Source of the DNA: Dehalococcoidia bacterium
Lineage (GTDB): Bacteria > Chloroflexota > Dehalococcoidia > Plut-88900
NCBI GenBank assembly: GCA_965249275.1
Contig: CBDFLQ010000007.1
Coordinates: 576,001 to 640,000, forward strand
Length of the DNA stretch: 64,000 bases
Direction: 5' to 3'
Each line of letters opens with the position of its first letter. Position 1 is the first letter of the stretch. The notes under the pieces are model-generated. The model saw nothing but the letters and a program-made list of their open reading frames with translations, searched no databases and was not told the DNA's origin. The translations under genes and the position numbers were made by a program. Shown here piece by piece: positions 28,073 through 38,445 of the stretch.

Positions 28073-29284
28073 ATGAGACCGCTGGAAGGCATCAAGGTAG
28101 TTGAGCTAGGCATCTGGTTCGCAGGGCCTGCCGCCGGTATGCTCCTCGCCGAGTGCGGCGCCGACGTCATCAAGATCGAGCCCCTCGACGGCGGAGACCC
28201 CATCCGGGGACTCGACCTGGAGGAACGCTGGGGAGCCAAGACCCCACCCTTCAACTACATGGCGGAAATGGTCAACCGCGGCAAACGCAGCGCAGGCATC
28301 GACCTCCGCAAGCCCGAGGGCCAACAGCTCGTCTACCGTCTCGTCCAGACCGCCGATGTCTTCGTCACCAATGTCCGTCCCCAGGCCCTTGATCACCTGG
28401 CAATGACTCCCGAGACCATCACCGCCCTCAACCCCAGACTTATCTACGGTCTCCTCACCGGATTCGGCCCCAAGGGCCCCGACAAGAACAAGCCCGCCTT
28501 CGACGAGGTAGGCTTCTGGGCCCGAGGGGGGTTCCTGTCCTTCATGGGAGAACCTGGTGGACCACCGACCCACCTCCACGGCGCTATGGGAGACCTGACT
28601 GCTGCCGTCTGCATGACCAATGCCATCTCCCTTGCCCTGTTTGCCAGGGAGCGCACCGGCAAAGGCCAGATAGTCGATGCTTCTCTTCTGTCCAGTGGAA
28701 TGTGGGTGGCAGGCTACGACCTTCACCGCACCCTGTTCTCCGGCGAAGACGTGCTTCGGGAGACCCGCACTTCCGCACCCAGCCCCCTATATAATACCTA
28801 CCAGTGCGGCGATGGCCGCTGGGTCCAGTTTTCCATGCCCCAAGGCGACCGCTACTGGGGCCCGACTTGCAGAGCCCTCGACATCCCGGACCTGGCCTCC
28901 GACACCCGGTTCAACACCCACGGCAAGATGATGAAGAACCATATCGATGCCATAAAGCTCCTAGACAAGGCCATAGCCCGTCGCCCTCTCGCCGAGTGGG
29001 CCCCCCGTTTCGATGAGTGCCAGCTGGTCTGGGCCCAGGACGCCCGACTCTCGGAGGTGGTAGCTGATCCGCAGGTCGAGGCAAACAATTTCCTCGCTAA
29101 TGTGGACCACCCGGGTCTCGGAGTCTTCCCAGAAATCGGTGTGCCCTTCGCCCTGCGGGGCACGCCCACGCATCCCTCGGGACCCGCGCCCGAGTGGGGT
29201 CAGCACACTGAGGAAGTGCTACGTGAACTCGACTATTCCTGGGAGCAAATCATCGAACTGAAAGACCGATCCGTCATAGCCTGA
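28073..29284 (+). CDS. CaiB/BaiF family III CoA-transferase
   Basis: PLEGIKVVE, GADVIKIEP..GGD, NRGKRS and GQHTEEVL. Confidence 0.93.
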   Translation: MRPLEGIKVVELGIWFAGPAAGMLLAECGADVIKIEPLDGGDPIRGLDLEERWGAKTPPFNYMAEMVNRGKRSAGIDLRKPEGQQLVYRLVQTADVFVTNVRPQALDHLAMTPETITALNPRLIYGLLTGFGPKGPDKNKPAFDEVGFWARGGFLSFMGEPGGPPTHLHGAMGDLTAAVCMTNAISLALFARERTGKGQIVDASLLSSGMWVAGYDLHRTLFSGEDVLRETRTSAPSPLYNTYQCGDGRWVQFSMPQGDRYWGPTCRALDIPDLASDTRFNTHGKMMKNHIDAIKLLDKAIARRPLAEWAPRFDECQLVWAQDARLSEVVADPQVEANNFLANVDHPGLGVFPEIGVPFALRGTPTHPSGPAPEWGQHTEEVLRELDYSWEQIIELKDRSVIA

Positions 29285-29314
29285 AACCGCAGTGAACTCA
29301 AGGGAGGAGCAGAA

Positions 29315-30094
29315 ATGAGCCAGGAAACGCTGATATATGAACTTAAGGAAGACGGAATCCTCTGGATCCGCTTCAATCGTCCCCGATCCCTCAACGCCGT
29401 TAACCGCACCTTTGCCAGGGAGCTCCGGGAGGCCGTGGAGCAGGCCGAGGCGGACCCCGACGTCAAGATTGTTATCCTCACCGGCGAGGGCCGGGCCTTC
29501 TGCGCGGGCGCCGACCTTAAAGAGGCCGCCGCGGGCATCCCTGCAGGCCAGGAAAAGCGCAGTACCCATAACCTGCAAACCGTGGCCCAGGTCCTGAGAG
29601 ACATGCGAAAAGTCGCCATTGCCGCAGTCAACGGATACGCTTTAGGCGCGGGCTGCGAGATTGCCCTCGACTGCGACCTGGTGGTTGCGTCCGAGGAGGC
29701 CAAGTTCGGATTCCCGGAAACGGGTGTCGGCGCTACGGTAACCGGTGCGGGCACATACCTGCTGCCGCAGGGTATCGGTCTGGCCCGGGCCAAGGAGCTT
29801 ATCTACCTGGGAGAGCATGTCCCTGCCGCCGAGGCCCAGAAACTCGGCATGGTCAACCGCGTCGTCCCCGCGGACAAGCTGGTAGAAGAGGCCACCGCCG
29901 TTGCCCACAAGGTGCTTGAAAAGTCACCCATGGCCATTGCTCTGGCCAAGGCTGCCCTCAACGTCGGCGCCGAGTCGAACTTCGGCGCCGCCCTGACTTA
30001 CGAGCGCGATTCCAGCATTGCCGCAGCTTCCACCGGCGACATGGTGAATGCAGGCCAAGCCTTCAAAGAGAAACGTCCGCCTAAGTTCCAGTAA
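29315..30094 (+). CDS. Enoyl-CoA hydratase/isomerase
   Basis: FCAGADL, AVNGYALGAGCEIALDCD and FPE. Confidence 0.94.
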   Translation: MSQETLIYELKEDGILWIRFNRPRSLNAVNRTFARELREAVEQAEADPDVKIVILTGEGRAFCAGADLKEAAAGIPAGQEKRSTHNLQTVAQVLRDMRKVAIAAVNGYALGAGCEIALDCDLVVASEEAKFGFPETGVGATVTGAGTYLLPQGIGLARAKELIYLGEHVPAAEAQKLGMVNRVVPADKLVEEATAVAHKVLEKSPMAIALAKAALNVGAESNFGAALTYERDSSIAAASTGDMVNAGQAFKEKRPPKFQ

Positions 30095-30106
30095 GGGAGC
30101 GAGTCG

Positions 30107-30901
30107 ATGGACATGGAGCTGGACGGCAAAGTGGCCGTCGTAACAGGGGGCAGCCTGGGAATCGGGAAGGCCGTGGCTCGGGAGCTGGCCAAGGAGGGTG
30201 CTCAGGTGGTTATCTGCGCCCGCCGACCCGGCCCGTTGCAAGATGCAGCCTCCGAGCGGGAGCGGGAGACTGGCAGCAAAGTTCTCGCCGTGACCGCCGA
30301 CACCACGAAAGCCGACCAGGTGACCAACCTGTTCGATGTCACGATGTCCGAGTTCGGGAAAGTAGACATACTTGTAAACAATGCCGCCGTAGTGGGTGGG
30401 CTACTGCAAGGGCCCCTGGAGGAAGCTACGGAAGAGCTCTTATCGGAAGACCTGGATACCAAGGTGGTGGGTTACTTTCGAACGGCCCAGGCAGTGGCGC
30501 CCCACATGAAACGGCAGGGTTGGGGTCGGATAGTAAACATCGGCGGGATGTCGGGGCGCTATGCCGGGGTGATCAGCGGAGTCCGCAACGCGGCCGTTGC
30601 CCACCTCACCAAGACCCTATCCGGTCAACTGGCTCCCTACGGTATCACGGTAAACACGATCCACCCAGGCACCGTTCGCACGGAACGGACCGACTCCGAC
30701 TACGAAGCAGAGGCCGCCGCCAAGGGCATCCCTAAGGCAGAAGTTGAACAACAAGCCGCCGAAGCCCAGTCAATAGGCCGGATCGTTGACGCCAGTGAGA
30801 TAGGTCACCTCGTTTGCTTCCTAGCCTCCCCCAGAGCGGCGGCGATCACCGGCGAGGTCATCGCTGTAGATGGGGGGCGCGGGTCTGCCGTGTTCTTCTA
30901 A
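30107..30901 (+). CDS. SDR-family oxidoreductase (atypical, no YxxxK)
   Basis: TGGSLGIG, VNNA, HPG and ITGEVIAVDGG. Confidence 0.92.
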   Translation: MDMELDGKVAVVTGGSLGIGKAVARELAKEGAQVVICARRPGPLQDAASERERETGSKVLAVTADTTKADQVTNLFDVTMSEFGKVDILVNNAAVVGGLLQGPLEEATEELLSEDLDTKVVGYFRTAQAVAPHMKRQGWGRIVNIGGMSGRYAGVISGVRNAAVAHLTKTLSGQLAPYGITVNTIHPGTVRTERTDSDYEAEAAAKGIPKAEVEQQAAEAQSIGRIVDASEIGHLVCFLASPRAAAITGEVIAVDGGRGSAVFF

Positions 30902-30980
30902 CGCCCGTCAGGGCGTTTAGCCATCGGGGCAAGTGGGGAAAAGGCTCCCCAAAGCTATAGTACGGCAGTCCATTTTCGGC

Positions 30981-32669
30981 TCAGGACGTGATAAGGCCCT
31001 CCTGGGGCTGGATCCAGGGTAGATTGTAGAGCGGTGCGAACTGAGGGGCCCGGGGTATCGGCATCTCCGCAAATGGCACGTCGATTATCACGGGCGCCCG
31101 GCGTTCAAGCGCAGCGGGAATCAGCGTCTCCAGCTCAAGGGGATCATCCGCTCTCATACCAATCGCGCCAAACGACTCGGCAAACTTCACAAAATCCGGG
31201 TTGTGCAAATCCGTCCCGTAAGTTCCGTTAAACACATCCTCCAGGTCTCGGGCGACATTGCCGTAAGAGTCGTTTCTGAAGACAATCGTAATAACGTTGA
31301 TGCCGTACTTGACCGCGGTCGAAAGCTCAGATGAATTAAACATGAAACCGCCGTTCCCGGCCATATATATAACGGCGCGGTCCGGCTTGGCCACCTTGAC
31401 TCCCAACGCTGTCGGAAACGCGTAGCCCAGGTTGAACGAATAGCCGGAATCTATGTATGTCTTCGGGTGATTCACCTTCCAGTGGGTGCGGGCGTAGTAC
31501 CCAAACTGCGTAACGTCCCAAACTATGAAGGCGTCTTCCGGGACGCCCTTCTGCATCGCCTCCAGGACCGGGTACTGCGGCTCCTTCAGCCCGATGTCGT
31601 AGTACGATATCAGGCTGCGCGCAGCTCTCACCGCTTCCGCGGGCGAAGGTCGATCTCCTGCACCGGCCTCCATCAGGTAAGGAAGCAGCGCCTCGATTGT
31701 GGCCCGTGCGTCGCCGTGCAAAGGTATCGTGTTGGCCTGGATCCTGGTAAGTTCCGTGTCGTCGATATTGACGTTTATCAATGTCGATGCCTCACCCGCC
31801 GGATTCCCGAGCGAAAAACGCGCCCCGATTCCTATAACCACGTCCGCCGACTGCATCACCTCGAACAGCTAGTTCATTTCCTGCCTTTCGCCCCTAGGAC
31901 TGAAGCAGGAACCGTACGACAGCAGATGGTTGTCCGGGATGGTCCCCTTGCCTCCGCTGGAAGTTACTACCGGTATGTTTGTCGCCTCCGCCAGCTTGAT
32001 CAGAGCTTCCTCCGCATCCGACCTCGCAACCCCGCCCCCGGCGAATATCATGGGTATGGATGAGCGAGCTATGACTCCTGCAGCCTCTTTCAGGTCATCC
32101 GGGCTAGGCACGATGCGAGAGATACGAGCAGGGTCGCGCAGCTTGATGTCTTCCCGTTCCACGCCCGCTTCCGGCGGCATCTCGATCAAGACGGGGCGGG
32201 GGCGACCCATACGCATCTGCCTGAATGCCTCGAAGACGGCATCCGGCACTTCCCGGGGCCTGCTCGCTTGCCGATGCCATTTGGTCACAGGGCGCACAGC
32301 GTCGGCCTGATTTGATATCTCGTGAACCGCCCCAAGCCCTTTGCCTATAGCGCCGCGCGGGATCTGACCCGCTATCAGGAGCACAGGCGCCGCGCGGGAA
32401 TACGCATTGGTCAGTCCGGATGCGGCGTTATAGAGTCCCGCCCCCGGCACCACCATAGCCACTCCCGGTTTCCCCGATGTGCGAGCGTAGCCGTCGGCCA
32501 TATACGTCGTTGCCTGCTCATGCCGAGTGGTGATCATCCGGATGTCCGGTTCGTCTCGCAGCCCGGCGACAATCCCGTACATCTGTATGCCCGGGATTCC
32601 GAATACAACCTCAACGCCTTCCTTAACCAGAGACTTGGCAAGGGCTTCACCCCCACTCATTTTGACCAT
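30981..32669 (-). pseudogene. ThDP-dependent enzyme (acetolactate-synthase-like) interrupted by an in-frame TAG
   Basis: ORFs 31869-32669 and 30981-31859 are in the same frame (..ATG AAC TAG CTG TTC GAG GTG..). RHEQ motif present. The ThDP motif reads GNG instead of GDG. Confidence 0.85.
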
Positions 32670-32770
32670 GATTCACCTACTCAATCCGGTTCTGGGTAAG
32701 TTCTCGCCGGCAGGCCCTCTGGCCCCAGGCGGACAACAATAGCGTATTGAAGGTCTTTCGGGCCTGGGGG

Positions 32771-33058
32771 CTATAAACCTTCTACGACAACAATGTTGAT
32801 GCTGGAAGACCTGGTTCGAATATCGTCGAGCGCAGTGTACTCGGGAGAGCTTAACCAAGCATTAGCCTGCTCGAAGCTGCCGAACTCGAGCAAGGCGATG
32901 CGCTTGGGAGTCCAGTCGCCAGATATCACGTCCAGCGCGCCGCCCCTTGCAATGAACTTGCCGCCGTGCCCCGCGACGGTAGCAGCCACCTTCTCCAGAA
33001 ACTATCCGTAGAGGTTTGCATCCGTTATCTCTATATCTGTTATTACGTACGCTGACAT
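32771..33058 (-). pseudogene. DUF1330-family protein interrupted by an in-frame TAG at codon 19
   Basis: GAGG SD and ATG 33058: MSAYVITDIEITDANLYG*FLEKVAATVAGHGGKFIARGG...WLSSPEY; 96 codons in total. Confidence 0.82.
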
Positions 33059-33266
33059 GCTTTCCTCACGGTTATGGGTACGGAGCTCGTATAGATGGTG
33101 TCGCCGGCTCATCTTACCACGCTGATACATTACTCAATGAATATGGTCGACCTGTGAAGCAGTAATACAAGCTAGTTAATTGTTTGACCTATCCAACCAC
33201 TCCAACCCGGTGACTTGCTGGGAATGGCCAACTCCCTGCTTTTGCTCCCATGCTATCATTGCCCCC

Positions 33267-33674
33267 ATGATTACCAAGCTCGCCCACGTCTCCATCCTCG
33301 TCCCCGACCTCGACGAAGCGCTTGACTGGTACACCAATGTTCTCGGCTTGGAGAAGCGCGAGGACGACTCCTCAGTAGTAGCCGGATTCCGGTGGCTCAC
33401 CGTGGCGCCCAAGGGCCAGACCGACCCTGAAATCGTCCTCTTCCTCCCCGGTCCCTTCCAGGCCGAGGAGGACCGAAAGATTCTCCTGAGCCGCGTCGGA
33501 GAGGGCACCATGTGGATGTTCCACACCGACGACTGCGCCGCGGAGTATGAAAGACTCTCGGGGCTGGGCGTCAAGTTTCACCAGACTCCCGAGACCGTGC
33601 CCTGGGGAGTCCAGGCCGTCTTCGAAGACCTCTACGGCAACCAATTCGGGATCCTGGAGCCCGCCAACCTTTAA
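33267..33674 (+). CDS. VOC/glyoxalase-family protein
   Basis: HVSILVPDLDEALDWY...PWG...FEDLYGN. Confidence 0.9.
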   Translation: MITKLAHVSILVPDLDEALDWYTNVLGLEKREDDSSVVAGFRWLTVAPKGQTDPEIVLFLPGPFQAEEDRKILLSRVGEGTMWMFHTDDCAAEYERLSGLGVKFHQTPETVPWGVQAVFEDLYGNQFGILEPANL

Positions 33675-33720
33675 TCGCAATACCACGCACTCAAGAGCAA
33701 TATAGCAGGAGGAAACCCAA

Positions 33721-34650
33721 ATGGCCCGACCCACTCAGATGAGCATCCTCGTGCCCACCCACTTCCTCGGTGACCTACCCGCTCCCGCCGACTTCATCAA
33801 ATGGTTCCAGGCTGCAGAAGAGCTCGGATTCTCCTCGATCTGGATTCTCGACCGCATCTACAGCCCATCCAAAGTCCCCGACGCCATGACCATGCTCGCC
33901 TGGGCCAGCGCCGTCACTTCGAGGGTCAGGCTGGGCACTGCGGTCCTTCTCCTTCCCCATCGACACCCCATCCTCCTCGCCAAGGAAGTCTCCACCCTCG
34001 ACTACATCTCCGGCGGGCGCTTGGACCTAGGCATCGGCCTCGGAGGCCGGGAGATCGAGTTCCACTCCCTGGGCATGAAGCTTGAAGAGAGACTTAGGCG
34101 CTTCCGCGACAATCTCGCCGCCATGCGAGCCATCTGGTCAGGCCCCGACGCTGCCTTCGAGGGCCGGTTTGTGAACTTTAGCAACGTGAACATCGAGCCT
34201 CGGCCTGTTCAGAAGGAAAACCTGCCCATCTGGATCGGCGGCGAGGCTGAAGGCGTACTGAAGCGCACCGCGGAGCTCGCCGACGGCTGGATCGGCGGCG
34301 CCCGCAACACCCCCGAAATCCTCGCCGAGAAGATAGGCAAGATAAAGGCCTTCGCGAAGGACAGAGGCCGGGACCCCGACTCCCTTGGCTACGCCAGCCT
34401 CGAATACATGACTATTGATGAAGACGTGGAAAAGGCTCGTGCGCGGAACCGAGGCTTGGCGACGTCCGTCTACGGCCCTGCCTTCGACTCCGACACCTAC
34501 ACCACCTTCGGAGACTTGAACACATGCGTCGCCCGCCTCCAAACCGTGGTAGACGCCGGCTGCAACGAGGTCATCATCTCACCCCCCGACCTGGACATCG
34601 CCCACCTCACCCGCTTAGCAAAGGAAGTCGTTCCTGCGGTCAAGGTGTAA
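33721..34650 (+). CDS. LLM-class (probably F420-dependent) oxidoreductase
   Basis: AEELGFSSIW, LGTAVL, TLDYISGGRLDLGIG and PIWIGG. Confidence 0.92.
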   Translation: MARPTQMSILVPTHFLGDLPAPADFIKWFQAAEELGFSSIWILDRIYSPSKVPDAMTMLAWASAVTSRVRLGTAVLLLPHRHPILLAKEVSTLDYISGGRLDLGIGLGGREIEFHSLGMKLEERLRRFRDNLAAMRAIWSGPDAAFEGRFVNFSNVNIEPRPVQKENLPIWIGGEAEGVLKRTAELADGWIGGARNTPEILAEKIGKIKAFAKDRGRDPDSLGYASLEYMTIDEDVEKARARNRGLATSVYGPAFDSDTYTTFGDLNTCVARLQTVVDAGCNEVIISPPDLDIAHLTRLAKEVVPAVKV

Positions 34651-34669
34651 ATCCCCCGAGCCGGTATGA

Positions 34670-35125
34670 TTGGGCCCACACGTTTTGAAGATATACACCA
34701 TAGGTTTCACCAAGATTGCCGCATCCGGGTTCTTTAATCTTCTGCGGAAGTCAGGGGCCAAACGTCTGGTTGACGTTCGGCTCAACAACGTCTCACAGCT
34801 GGCCGGTTTCGCCAAGAAGAATGACTTGGAATATTTCCTGAACAATATCTGCGACATGGACTACGTCCATCTCCCCGCACTCGCCCCGACCAAGGAAATG
34901 TTGGACGGCTACAGGAATCAGCACCATGACTGGGCCCGCTACGAGCGTGAGTTCCTAGCCCTGATGCAGGAGCGGCGCATTGAGAAGACGATCCCGAAAA
35001 GGACCATAGCCGACGCCTGCCTCCTCTGCAGCGAGGACAAGCCCGACCAATGTCACCGCCGCCTGGTCGCCGAATATCTCAATCGGCACTGGGGTAACCT
35101 CGAAATCGTACATCTTGGCCAATAG
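34670..35125 (+). CDS. DUF488-family protein
   Basis: IYTIGFT, LVDVR, SQLAGFAK and LLCSE...CHRRLVAEYL. Start may be TTG ~34685. Confidence 0.88.
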   Translation: MGPHVLKIYTIGFTKIAASGFFNLLRKSGAKRLVDVRLNNVSQLAGFAKKNDLEYFLNNICDMDYVHLPALAPTKEMLDGYRNQHHDWARYEREFLALMQERRIEKTIPKRTIADACLLCSEDKPDQCHRRLVAEYLNRHWGNLEIVHLGQ

Positions 35126-35144
35126 ACTAGCCCAACTCAATAAT

Positions 35145-35185
35145 AAAAAGGAGCGGCCCCGACAATGTCGTGGCCGCTCCTTTTT
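35145..35185. terminator. Bidirectional intrinsic terminator
   Basis: AAAAAGGAGCGGCC...GGCCGCTCCTTTTT between convergent genes. Confidence 0.85.
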
Positions 35186-35204
35186 GAGTCTATTTTCTAA
35201 CGGT

Positions 35205-36854
35205 CTAGTGATCGTAGGGCTGGAAGTTCTGGGTCGTCGAGGCGGCCCAGCGGTCCGTGATCACGTTGACAATGGCCGGCTTGCCGGAGTCGAAGGCCCG
35301 CTGCAGAGCAGGTTTCAGTTCTTCCGGCTTAGTGACGTATTCGCCGTGAGCGCCGAGGGCCTCGCCCAGCTTGTCGTATCGCTGTTCAAACCCGAGCTCA
35401 ATGCCCGTCTTAAGCACGTCGTCGCCCTTTCGACCCGAGGCCCAACCGCCGTTCACGTTCACCACGCACACCAGCGGGATGTTGTGTCTCACCGCCGTGT
35501 CTATGTTGATGGCGTTGATCCCGAAGGAGCCGTCACCGTGGATCACCAGCGTCTTCTTGTCCGGCTTGGCCAGTGCCGACGCCAGCCCGAACGGAAGCCC
35601 GACGCCCATGCAACCCGATGCGCCGGAATTGATCCTGTGTCCCGGGTAGTATGTAGGAATAGTCTGCCTACCGAAATTCAGGGTCTCGTGACCGTCGACT
35701 ACCAGCATGGCGTCCCGAGGCAGAAACTCCCTGATTTCCTTCATCATCCTCAGCGGGTGCATCGGCATCTGGTCAGAGTTCAGGATCGGCTGGCTGCGCT
35801 CGTTGTTCGCCGCATCCTTCGCCTGGAGACGGGAGATCCAGTCGGAGTCCTTCTTGTTGGCGAAGTTCTGCTCTTTGGCCTCCTCGGTGAGCTGCCGGAG
35901 CACCATCTTGGCATCCCCGACGATTCCCACTTCCGCCGCCTTGTTGTGCCCGATCTCTTCCCTGTCCGTGTTCACCTGGATAGTCTTCAGGTCCGCAGCA
36001 AACCGTGGGGCCTGCAGGTACTGCCATATCCAGTTGATCCTGGTGCCTACCACCAACGCGACGTCGGCTTCCCTGAACGCCATCGAGCGGGCGGCGGGGA
36101 AGGAGAGGTCGTTGTCTTCGGGGATCACGCCCCGGGACTGTGGTGTCGTGTAGAAGGGGATGCCTGTGGCTTCCACAAAGTCCTGTATCTCTTTCGAAGC
36201 CTTCGACCACATCACACCCGTTCCTGACAGGACCAAGGGCCTCTCGGCCTTCGACAGAAGCTCGATTGCTCGCTTAACTTCGTCCGGGTCACCGAGGATT
36301 CGGGCGTCGGTCCTGGAGTTGACCGGGAACTGTACGTTCGCCTCGTCCACCCGCTCGTGGAGCACGTCGCCGGGAAGGTCCAGGTACACGGGCCCCGGCC
36401 TGTTGCCCCAAGCCTTGCGGAACGCGAAGCTCACCAGCTCAGGCATTCTCTCTGCCTTGTTCACCTGTCCCGACCACTTGGTGATGGGCCGGAATATGCT
36501 CACCTGGTCGATCTCCTGGAAGTCCTCCCAGCCGGTCAGGCTGGAGTTGCTGGACCCGCCCAGTGCCACTATCGGGCAAGCGTCCGTGAATGCGGTGACC
36601 ACTCCGGTGACCAGGTTTGTGGCCCCCGGACCTGAGCAAGCTGCGCACACGCCCGTCTCTCCGGTTGCCCTGCTCCATGCGTGGGCCATCATCGCTGCGG
36701 CCTGCTCGTGCCGCGTGTCATATAGCTTGATACCCTCTTTCTCAGCGTCCAGATAGAAGTTATCCATCGGTCCGCCCGAAAGGAAGAAGAGGTGAGTTAC
36801 GCCTTCGTGCCTTAGTGACTTTGCCAGAAGCCTATTGCCTGTAATGTCGGCCAT
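35205..36854 (-). CDS. ThDP-dependent enzyme, oxalyl-CoA decarboxylase/2-hydroxyacyl-CoA lyase-like
   Basis: RHEQAAAMMA, GPGATN, PGPVYLDLP, GCMGVGLPF and GDGSFG; GGAGG SD. Confidence 0.9.
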   Translation of the reverse strand: MADITGNRLLAKSLRHEGVTHLFFLSGGPMDNFYLDAEKEGIKLYDTRHEQAAAMMAHAWSRATGETGVCAACSGPGATNLVTGVVTAFTDACPIVALGGSSNSSLTGWEDFQEIDQVSIFRPITKWSGQVNKAERMPELVSFAFRKAWGNRPGPVYLDLPGDVLHERVDEANVQFPVNSRTDARILGDPDEVKRAIELLSKAERPLVLSGTGVMWSKASKEIQDFVEATGIPFYTTPQSRGVIPEDNDLSFPAARSMAFREADVALVVGTRINWIWQYLQAPRFAADLKTIQVNTDREEIGHNKAAEVGIVGDAKMVLRQLTEEAKEQNFANKKDSDWISRLQAKDAANNERSQPILNSDQMPMHPLRMMKEIREFLPRDAMLVVDGHETLNFGRQTIPTYYPGHRINSGASGCMGVGLPFGLASALAKPDKKTLVIHGDGSFGINAINIDTAVRHNIPLVCVVNVNGGWASGRKGDDVLKTGIELGFEQRYDKLGEALGAHGEYVTKPEELKPALQRAFDSGKPAIVNVITDRWAASTTQNFQPYDH

Positions 36855-37032
36855 TGTTTCCTCCCTGGAATATACTGCCCGGTCACCGAGGCGCCTTACA
36901 CCCGATGCCATTAACGTCGAAACTGAAGGGCCAGCGCAGCAAGCTGCCTTGAAGACGGTTGCTCGAAATCTGGCCCCCCGCAAAGGTCGGCTGAATTATA
37001 GGCGCGACGATTACAAGCGTCAACGCGAACGC

Positions 37033-37692
37033 TTATAGCTCTATCTCCCTCAAGTCCGCCGACACCTTGAGTGGGGCATCCGTTACTGACTGAATCTCCT
37101 CAACACTGAGCCCAGGCGCGTGCTCCGTCAACGTAAGCCCATCCTCTCCAACTTCGATCACAGCCATGTCCGTTATGATCATGTTCACGCACCGTACTGC
37201 CGTGAGCGGAGAGGTACACTGCCTCACGATTTTCGGGGTGCCCTTCTTATCCGTGTGCTCCATCGCCGCTATCACACGTTTTGCCCCTGCCACGATGTCC
37301 ATTGCACCGCCAATGCCGCCTATGAGCCGGCCGGGCCTCAGCCAGTTCGCCAGGTCTCCCTTTTCCGACACCTGCATCGCCCCAAGCACCGTGATGTCCA
37401 GGTATCCTCCCCTCACTATCGTGAACGCCTCTACAGTGTCGAATACACTCATCCCCGGCATAGCCGTCACGAAGCCCCCACCCGCGTTGGTCATGTGAAT
37501 GTCTTCTTCCCCATCCGGCGGCGACCCCCCAAACCCGACCGCACCGTTTTCCGTGTGGAACCACACACTCCGGCCCTCCGGTATGTAGTTCGCCGCCAGC
37601 GTCGGAATCCCGATACCCAGATTAACCACATCACCGTCCCGGAACTCCTTGGCCACTCTGAGAGCTATGGCCTCGCGGTCTAGTCTGAACAT
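37033..37692 (-). CDS. 3-oxoacid CoA-transferase subunit B (pair 2)
   Basis: VNLGIGIPT, TENG catalytic Glu and GIGGAMD. Confidence 0.93.
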   Translation of the reverse strand: MFRLDREAIALRVAKEFRDGDVVNLGIGIPTLAANYIPEGRSVWFHTENGAVGFGGSPPDGEEDIHMTNAGGGFVTAMPGMSVFDTVEAFTIVRGGYLDITVLGAMQVSEKGDLANWLRPGRLIGGIGGAMDIVAGAKRVIAAMEHTDKKGTPKIVRQCTSPLTAVRCVNMIITDMAVIEVGEDGLTLTEHAPGLSVEEIQSVTDAPLKVSADLREIEL

Positions 37693-37696
37693 CCCC

Positions 37697-38443
37697 CTAC
37701 TTTCCCCTGAGGTCCCTGGGCCTGCGAACTATCCTGTCCACGTAGATTCCGGGTGTCACAATCCGATCGGGGTCCAGCTCACCTACTTCGACTATCTCGT
37801 CCACTTCGGCAATCGTGACCCGGGCAGCCGTCGCCGAGCTTACGTTGAAATGCCTCATATTGCCTCGGTAGACCAGGTTCCCTGTCTTGTCCGCCCTGTG
37901 CGCCCGGATCAGCGAGAAGTCTGCCTTGATGGCGTGTTCCAGGATGTATTGCACCCCGTCTATCGTCCTAGTCTCCTTACCTTCGGACACCACCGTCCCA
38001 ACACCCACCGGCGACCAGAACGCCGCAATGCCAGCGCCTCCGGCGCGGATCCGCTCCGCCAAGATCCCCTGCGGGTTCATCTCTATCTCTATTGTCCCCG
38101 CTTTCACTCCATCCTCCAGAGGGTTCGGCTGCGGCGCCCCCGGCGCTATTGGGTACGACACTATCGCCTTCGACACTTGTCCGTTCTCCACGAGTACACC
38201 AGGGTCTATCCGCAGCGCCTCCCGTTTAGCCCCGAACACCACCCCTATCCCCGCCGTGTTCCCTACAATGGTCAGGTCCCGCGCTCCGTGGTCCCTAAGT
38301 GCCCGCAGCAAGAGCATTGGCATCCCGCCAGGCCCACCAAAGTGCCCGATAATCACCATCGCCCCGTCGGGTATGTCGGCAACCGCCTCCGCAAATGTCA
38401 CGAAGACCTTGTCGGTTCGGGGCCTGCCCCGGAGCTTGGCCAT
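37697..38443 (-). CDS. 3-oxoacid CoA-transferase subunit A (pair 2)
   Basis: PQGILAERIRAGGAG, GNLVY and IVTPGIYVDRI. Confidence 0.93.
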   Translation of the reverse strand: MAKLRGRPRTDKVFVTFAEAVADIPDGAMVIIGHFGGPGGMPMLLLRALRDHGARDLTIVGNTAGIGVVFGAKREALRIDPGVLVENGQVSKAIVSYPIAPGAPQPNPLEDGVKAGTIEIEMNPQGILAERIRAGGAGIAAFWSPVGVGTVVSEGKETRTIDGVQYILEHAIKADFSLIRAHRADKTGNLVYRGNMRHFNVSSATAARVTIAEVDEIVEVGELDPDRIVTPGIYVDRIVRRPRDLRGK

Positions 38444-38445
38444 GG

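Noticed and set aside
30981-33058. Genome-wide TAG reassignment or pyrrolysine
   Set aside because: TAG terminates many intact genes here (e.g. fabF, recJ), no pyl genes are in the window, and the ThDP gene has a further inactivating change.
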